In this document: one piece after another, positions 55,518-64,000 of the stretch
Numbering within the stretch: position 1 is the first letter of the stretch
How the letters are laid out: every line of letters begins with the position of its first letter
Assembly: GCA_040954595.2 (NCBI GenBank)
Contig: CM082578.2
Coordinates: 10,029,519 to 10,093,518, forward strand
Source of the DNA: Balanoglossus misakiensis
Taxonomy: Eukaryota; Animalia; Hemichordata
Direction of reading: 5' to 3'
Length of the DNA: 64,000 nt
Notes under the pieces: model-generated
Told to the model about the DNA's origin: nothing
The model's database searches: none
The model's input: only the letters and a program-made list of their open reading frames with translations
Made by a program: the position numbers and the translations under genes

Positions 55518-58500
55518 CAACGCAGTAGGCCTATACGTGATGCCATTTCTTCGGCGGTTGCAAGCAGTGTGGTGTTACATAAAACGTTCGGAGCTTTCAA
55601 AAGGTGACCGTAAGTGGCAATTTCAGTTGTAATTGTCACTTTACAAGAAAGGGTAACTGTATTTATACCGGTTCGATGAAAGTATATTGATCCATGCAGT
55701 CGTCAAGGGACTATTTCCATCTAAAGCCGCAACTACGTTAAAGCCTCTATGGCGGGGCATATCACTCAACGCCGTGGGCCACGCTGTATCCGTTGGACAC
55801 ATGAGCTCAAACTAAATCAACGGCTCAATCAGGATGATTAGGGTATGAATATTTCAAATCTAAATTATTTGACCAGAAAACGGCCACAGAGGGAAATCTC
55901 CCGAATAGTCATGATAAATTGAACCAGACTATGAAAGTCCCCGGAATTCTTCTGGAATTATCACATAATATGACTTGATTCGCGGGCAGTATTTGACCAT
56001 TAAATATGAAACCCCTTGCCGGCATCTTAATCAGCAATATATACCCCCAAACTCCGTCGTGTAATTTTATTAAAACGAAAACAGCGTTAGCAATTTTCCG
56101 GCTTATCGAGTTACTTGGAGACGCAGAGTTACGTTCCAGGCTGCATGTCTGGGATGCAAAATCCGGAAATGAATATTGTGTAAAAAAATAATCCTAACAA
56201 AAGAATTCACTTCGAGGGAGGCCTATATTACGTTAACCATTCGGAGATATTTTTACGTGTATTGCATAACGTGGGTTTAGGATACTTTGTGTATAAACGA
56301 GTTTTGCTCAGGCTTGCCTCACAAAGGCTTTCAATGAAATAAAATCTGCTTCCATCAATCGGTGACGTGTTTTGCAACATTAATCAAATGGCCGTACAAC
56401 CGATCTAACATGACATGATGACGGCGATATCAGGAAGTGGTAGACTTATAAGTTGATCCGAGTAAATATCGCGGCGGGTTACCGCCGACGAAAGTAAAAA
56501 TTATTTTAGCCCTTCGCCGGTTACTTCCGCTCGTAAAAAAATGTTGCATGCAGGGAATTCGTGACGTCGCCATGCAGAATTTCAAAAGATTCCCTTTTGT
56601 GGAAGCGAGGCTCGAATTTATGGCGATCATAATTTGACGATGACGTGATTCAAAAGCTGATAAAGGCTGTAGTTCGAAGAATGGCGTTCCCATATAAATT
56701 TGGCCAGACTGAGGATAAACTGGAACTTTACCCCCCAAGTTGTCCAATCTCAATGCATGAATTAAGTGTTAACGTTATCCCCACCTGTTACCCTGCACCA
56801 ATCATTTCGTTTCAGGAAAATGTGTTCAGGAAATGTTCAATAGAAACTCCATCCGTGCAGTTTACATTTAAAAATAAGTAGCCCTACTTTGAACAAAGCA
56901 CTTCAGTTTAAGGGATTGAAAAATAATGGAAAAGAAACTTGAAGCACATATCTAAGTTTGTGATACCTGCCTCAAGCGCTTGTAAGTTCACCAATATGAA
57001 AATTAGCAATTTATTTATTCGAAACGGCAAAGTGTCTCTCGTATACTGATATGCACACCAATCCCACCCAAATGTACATGTAATCAGTTCCTTTATGTGG
57101 TTAGTTTAAGATTTATTAATGCAGCACTTATCTGTCCTATAACAATGGATGTACAACAGCATGCAAGCGCCATTTACTGTCCGTGTTGGCTATTTTCAGA
57201 GCACATTTTTCAAAAACGCCACTGCAGGTTTACAGTCACGTGGGAGGCTACGTAACAGAATTCTTTCCTTAGATAACAGTGTCGGGTATCGTCCCCGAAG
57301 TAGTTATTAAACATTAATTTGAGAGAGCTGTAATGATCGAGTTGTCATAGATATAGCTGAATAAAGTAAATTGCAAAGTGATAGATACCAGCATGAATAT
57401 TAAAAAAAGTTCAGGTCTGTGTAATTCAAAACCTGCGAGGTGCTTCACACTTTAAGTATCGTTCTCTGTTCGCATTCACTGAAAAATACTTATCATGGTT
57501 GAAAGTTTTCTATAAAATCGGCGATAGCGAATTTTGTTACAGTAGTAAATTCTGAACCGGTAAAATGAAACCAGTTGATGGGGAAATGGTGAACACTGAT
57601 ATATATATTAATTGCCAGCATCTATTTCAATTGTATTAGATTTCGAAAAAACGCAAAATTTCAATTTCTGAGACGCTGACGTGTCTAAATATACTAGCTA
57701 CGTCGATGTTCAGAGTTTTCGCCATTCCTTGACTGCTCGGCGACTATAAGACGCATATTCTTGCGCTATTTATAGAACAAGCGTTATACCCTTTGTGGTA
57801 AAGAGGTTGTGAGATGATGACGACCTCATTTGCTCACAGGAGATTATTTTTAAAAAAAATACAAATAGTCGTGTGTTTCTATTTCCAGTCTACTTGAGAA
57901 TATACGTCAACTCTATTCCGGGACACCCACAGAGACGGCCACACATATATGCCACGAAATTAAATGTGGGCCGGTTGTGAGGACAATGCAGCCTTCTCCT
58001 TCGGAAGGGACTTCTCATCAATGGCAGAAAAGAACCATGGTTTCCTCGTGTGTGTGTATATGCACGCTCTGAAAGAGCCAATTCGCATGTTTCGCTCGTT
58101 AGCTGTCCGACAGTCGTTTCAAAAACGACTACACATGGCTCGCGCATACCCATGCATACACGGTGCTGTTTTTTTTATGATGTTCACGGATATTTTTAAT
58201 ACAAGATATCTAAAACCTTAACAGGCTCTGTTATGTTATTAAAGCCACCTGCAGCTGTGACTTCTCCCGGTCTTTGTATTATATTGACGTACTCTTGGAT
58301 CTGGGAATGGCATTTGCAGCCTCAATTTGCATCGCTCCAGGCCATATAAATCTTTCACCGGCGCGGAAGAGCAATTACTGCAACTAAGAATACCTTTTTT
58401 GTTAACACCAGTCTCGGTGCTCCCAGCTCGCTCTTTCAGCTCGCCCGAGCCAGCTCAGGAGTGATTTCCTTCTGATTGCGACAGGGCCGCTGTACACCAG

Positions 58501-61094
58501 ACAACCTTATATACAAGGAGAGAGAGAGGCTATAAGGCACTTACGTGATACCCTCGTTACGACAACCAAGGGTATGCCTGATCCGATTTGGATACAAGGA
58601 GGCTTACAGCATATAAGTTTACTGCCCCTATTGCGGGAATAAAGCAGCGCCGGCCAGTACAGAACCTGGGCCATAAAGTAAATTCTTATCGGAATGATGA
58701 CTACAGCGAATAGATAAAAGATGGCAGATAGTTGTAAATAAATGATTGGTCAGGTGGCAACGTCAATGAAAAGATTTTCCAATATATTGTAATTGACAGT
58801 GAAATATACTAGGCAAATAAGTATGTCGTGAGTACGATCGGTCATTTACCATTCGTGTGTATATTATCCTATACTCTCAACCCACTGATTTCTATTTTCT
58901 ATCGAATCCGAGAAATTCATAAAATAAAAGACAAGCTGCAACTGGAAGGCTAATCTGTAGAGGAAATAAAGATGCCAGCAAAATTGACCGATCGCTGTGA
59001 TATCTCAGAAATATAAAATTAATTGCGCGGTGCCCCCCCCCCCCCCCCCAAGCTAAGCATTGAGCTGGATCCATTCGCGCTGTGAACGTTAGTGGGATAT
59101 CCCAGAATTCATAGGTATTCAAAATACAAGTATTTTTTTCCTGATTGCAACCTCTAGTATGATGATTTGAATCAGGGAGACAACTTCATTTAAACTATTT
59201 GATCACCATGGCAATGATGGGGAAATAAAAAACTGTAATTTCATATCGAGTCATTTATCACTGAGTATAGTGAGGGAATATGTACAGTTTCTATTGTAAG
59301 TTTTTACGTCTCCCGGAATAATTGTCAACTCTACAATTAATTTCATAATTTATGACCGGGAATAGCGTGACCAAATAATTCTAATTGGGTAACTTCGATA
59401 CTGCCTTAGTCCTATGTTAATATTGATTGATGAGCCCTTGCTGACAGGGAAAAGCCCATTAGTGACCGTGGGCTGAGAATGGTTGGATAAAGAAAGATTT
59501 AAAAAAAATAATCTTGAATTTGACGTCATCATGCAGCCATTTTGCCTTAAATCTGGGCAAGATGCCCTGGTAGACGCGGTACATGAAGACATACAAAATG
59601 CATGTGAAAACCTTTGCATGCTAGTTTTGCCCTGAGAAAGCTTGATTTCGTCTCCTTCGGCAAGAGCTCAAACAAGAGCAACATTAAGACGGTAGCAAAC
59701 CTCATAAATACTCTAAAATGTATTGTCATGAAATTTTAATCCCAGTAGTTGATGTTGACGTGCCGCCATTTGCGAATTTCTTGCGAAGGTCCTCGGACGA
59801 CGTGACGTCCCATTTGATGGATACGCCAATTTCAGAGAAGTCAACCGTGGCGATACCTTGCGCTGTCGTGAAAAGTTTATAGGTGTCCCTTCCTACTGCA
59901 ATGTGTATAGTAACCCTTGGGACCGCGGTTGAACGGGGAAATTAGTCAATGTTTATTCTTCTGGCTGAATGTGCCATTTACTTTTACACGCAGGAGTACT
60001 TGTATGTTGCACTGTATACTAAGTGCTGAAATGTCCTGGGGTATGTGCGAACAACGCCCGAAAGAAACCGCGCATCTATTGGGAGTAGAAAACAAGTTAC
60101 ATGTATACTTATTTGCAATTTTATTTTAAACTTTTTTGTAACTTCAGCCTTTTTTAACGGCTTACACTTTCTTCCCACAAGTGATAAATTACTTCTTGAG
60201 CGTTCGTCTTGGATTTGTTAGCAGTTGATTATGGGTTCGTGCCCTTTCGTGCAAACCAGTCTCGGCTGACTCATACTTAGGATGGAATCTTTCTCAAATC
60301 TCCATATATGCCGCCCGTTTTCTTCGCCCTCAGCGCATTTGTGCTGCCTCGATTATGTTGAGGTTTAGTCATCACTTTTAATCTATGTCAATTTGAAGAG
60401 CCACTCGCTTTTAAACCCTGCGTACATGTACCTATCGCAAATAGTTATGCGCGAGACCTGTAATGCATAGAAAGACGGAAGTTTCCCAGAATACCGTCAC
60501 AGTGACTGGTGGAGACTAAGTGTGTACTTACCAAAGTGGTAGCCCCCAGGGGAAAGTGTTGCTGAATTGTGTCTCGGCATTACTATTACGCCGTTTCGTG
60601 AAAATGAGCGCAATCCTTTCCGACTTTCCCTACAGTTACTAAACTTCTCGCAAACAGCCTTTCCATATAAAACTTCCCCATTAACTGCGTGCAAGTTTTG
60701 TCCACGTGGATTTTCAATTCGAAGAAAAGCAGCGAATTTGTATCTTATCGATTTTTTTTTCAAGGTTAGACTGGTAGCGCTTGAAATACGCACATCAAAC
60801 ATTATTTCTTCTCTGTTCATTTTTTCTTCTGAAGAGCCCCGAGGCTGTTGCATCATTTGATAATCTCCAGTTGCGTTTGATCAACACTTGCTTTTCAAAC
60901 CAAAACCCGATGCATTTTTTGTGATTACACACTATTACGTCAATAATGACATATTTTACAATGCATAGCATATTTGTGTGCTTTTCATGAACTCTTCCCA
61001 AACCCCACACTCACAAAGACGCAAAATATAGAGTTCAACGACATTGGCATTAATATCTAACGCTGTATCTTTGCTTTTTTTCGATTTATTCTAG

Positions 61095-61152
61095 AACATA
61101 CTTGGAAAGTTTACTTCGTCACAGACAACGACATCACCGGCGCCAGTGCAAG
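61095..61152 (+). other. Candidate 58-nt internal exon
   Basis: T-rich tract plus ctag| acceptor and CAAG|gtaagg donor; open in all three frames. Confidence 0.3.
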
Positions 61153-61157
61153 GTAAG

Positions 61158-61159
<2 letters not shown>

Positions 61160-61211
<52 letters not shown>

Positions 61212-61212
61212 G
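61160..61212. repeat. (GA)n microsatellite
   Basis: Direct reading. Confidence 0.97.
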
Positions 61213-62370
61213 CGATCTGGTCATTGCGATCAGTCACTCATAGTCAGCTATCAAACCAGCTTGTTTGAATTTCCCCTTCTGCGACGCTGATCAATCTACA
61301 GTTAAAATTGCGATTTCCCTGTCTTGAAAGAGGCGACTCTCTCCCTCTCTCAAGAGGTTAATCTGAACCATGTTTCACTCAATAACCAATTAATGGAAAG
61401 TTGGACATAAATCATAAGACACGAAGACAGTCGATGACAAGCCCCAACACGAAACCACCTTTTTCTAAATTAATTTTTGTTATACGAGAGTCATTAATGT
61501 TAGCGCCAGCACGAAAGGGTATTGGTTCGATACACGAGACATCCTGCGGATTTCAATTTAGGCATATTGGGTTCATTGCCAGGATTGGTTCTGCCAAGGC
61601 TATCTCGTTTTACCTGATGCCAAGAGACAGGATCGCGCTACAGGTTCAGCTGGCTCGCCAAACAAACAATATACGATGAATATTAAATTGAGCACTTCAC
61701 TCAGTGACACGCAAGATTAAATTACCTATAGTTAGCAATCAAAGCAAAAAGCGGGCGTGGACGGTTGGTTGGTTGGAGTCCTGAAATGTGGGTCCTGCCT
61801 CCCCCTCATTCCTACCATATGATATACGAAAAATACAATCATATAGACATGCTATGGAGGACGACTTCAGACGGGAGCGTGCGTCTGTTAGATTGAACCA
61901 TGGATCTAGTGAGAGGCAATGTGATTATAAATCTCACAAGCACGTATAAATAGACGTAGATATACGTCACACCCGGACTGGAGAACTAACACGGGTCTAT
62001 TAACCGACAATTGATTCTAAGAGAAGTCTGATGAGTCCTTAGCGTTGTCAACGCTTGCGTAATTGACAGACTGCGCCGAGAAATCACGTTTGATTGCCCC
62101 CAGTAGTAACAGATTTGAGACGGAAACTACGTGCGGTAACACCGATATCGTGTACCCTGGCGTGCGCTGCAATTGCTCAGGGAGCTTTCATGCACCAACT
62201 GCGGCGGAGAGTGGAGACCGAAATGACACGTGAAAACTCGTTTAGTGTCAACGAGCAATAAAAATCTCCCGGTTCAATCTTTTCTTTTAAAGGAATCATC
62301 GCATCAGTGGATTTCCTTCCAATTTTTACATCACTATCACGTATCATGACATCACCATGGCGTTTACTGG

Positions 62371-63920
62371 TATGGGGTGCCATGTGTTAACTTATTATTT
62401 AGCTAAATTATTTGTTTAAAAGTCGTTATTTAACATACTTATATGTATGTAATTATAGATTTGCAAACCATTTAAGTCCTGACAATTTATTTATAAATAA
62501 TTTCAAGTCGATTCAATTATATACATAAAATGTATTTTATGCTCTTTTATTTATATATAATTAATTATTTATAAATAATAAAAATGTAAGTGTATTATAT
62601 ATATATCATGAGTGATGTACATAATTATTTATATATAATTAATTATTTATAAATAAAAAAAATTTAAGTGTATTATATATATATCATGAGTGATTTATAA
62701 ATAATTTAAGTGCAAGTCTATTATATATATATCATGAGTGATTTACATTATATAATGAATTATATATAAATAAGTGATTTCTAAACCATGAAAAAATGCA
62801 CTCGCGCCGTTTGTCAACTTATTATTTAACGCAAACTCATTATTTAACGCAAACTCATTATTTAAGGCCTGTTCACACAACCCCTTGCATTTGGATCATT
62901 ACGCACACATATAGTCCCCACACGTGAACAAGAAATGCACATTGCGGTCATTTCATTTTTATTATACTCCTTTCAAAGGTTAGATGAAACACCGAAAAAG
63001 GTATCAACTAGTTAGTGATTTTAGCCCGTGATTGCAATGTTTGATTGAAACGCGAAAAGCTGATCGATAGCTAAACATTGTGGTCTCCGAGGTCAAAGGT
63101 TGGCCGGTCATGGCGATACCATTATTAAAATAGGGGCCAGTTATCAAAACGGTGGCGTATGATTTTTTTAGGTAAGTTTCCAAATTAAAACGTAAGTGAG
63201 CCAAAAAAACTACAGGTCAGATAAATTGTTTTCTCGTAAATTCAACATTAGAATCAAATTTGGCGTTGGAAACAAACGGCGGGTCGCCAGTTCCTGGTCT
63301 GGAGGCTGGTAGAGTCACGTCTTGAATAAAAATGAAATGACCGCACGTAATGTGCATTTCTTGTTCACGTGTGGGGACTATATGTGTGCGTAATGATCCA
63401 AATGCAAGGGGTTGTGTGAACAGGCCTTAAATAATGAGTTTGCGTTAAATAATGAGTTTGCGTTAAATAATAAGTTGACAAACGGCGCGAGTGCATTTTT
63501 TCATGGTTTAGAAATCACTTATTTATATATAATTCATTATATAATGTAAATCACTCATGATATATATATAATAGACTTGCACTTAAATTATTTATAAATC
63601 ACTCATGATATATATATAATACACTAAAAAAAATTTATTTATAAATAATTAATTATATATAAATAATTATGTACATCACTCATGATATATATATAATACA
63701 CTTACATTTTTAGTATTTATAAATAATTAATTATATATAAATAAATGAGCATAAAATACATTTTATGTATATAATTGAATCGACTTGAAATTATTTATAA
63801 ATAAATTGTCAGGACTTAAATGGTTTGCAAATCTATAATTACATACATATAAGTATGTTAAATAACGACTTTTGAACAAATAATTTAGCTAAATAATAAG
63901 TTAACACATGGCACCCCATA
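62371..63920. mobile_element. Non-autonomous foldback-type element with ~590-bp inverted arms
   Basis: Arms ~62371-62963 and ~63325-63920 are near-perfect reverse complements with AT-rich subrepeats; ~360-bp spacer; direct repeat TACTGG on both flanks. Confidence 0.9.
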
Positions 63921-64000
63921 TACTGGATGCCCGAGTGACAAGTACCAGGGATTTATTAATATCGACGAAATTGTTGCACAGAGTTTGAGTATGCCAATTG

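Noticed and set aside
62540-62870. CRISPR-like repeat-spacer appearance
   Set aside because: AT-rich subrepeats within a transposon arm, no unique spacers, no cas genes, eukaryotic context.

Overview
Eukaryotic, intron-rich, AT-rich DNA, most consistent with a marine invertebrate deuterostome (hemichordate/echinoderm/amphioxus-like; an inference from gene content). All exon boundaries, counts and alignments were read by eye. Contents: (1) the last coding exon of an NXPE/PC-esterase family gene. (2) A 34-exon, about 1585-aa adhesion GPCR that the ORF track does not show. It was rebuilt from splice sites and has an unusual ectodomain (hevein-like Cys module, FAMeT-like domain, pentraxin, CCP, C-type lectin, 2x CCP, Ca-EGF, HRM, GAIN), a GPS lacking both catalytic residues, a probable GC-AG intron and a charged helix plus polyproline tail. 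(3) A single-coding-exon LRR-Ig type I membrane protein. (4) Two head-to-head, intronless, NRY-type (melatonin-receptor-like) GPCR paralogs. (5) Mobile elements: three copies of a solo LTR with 4-bp TSDs, a Harbinger-type MITE, 24-27 bp hairpin micro-insertions with 7-bp TSDs, and a 1.55-kb foldback element with ~590-bp arms and a 6-bp TSD. (6) Several microsatellites, and a probable signal-peptide first exon of a further gene at 44.5 kb.
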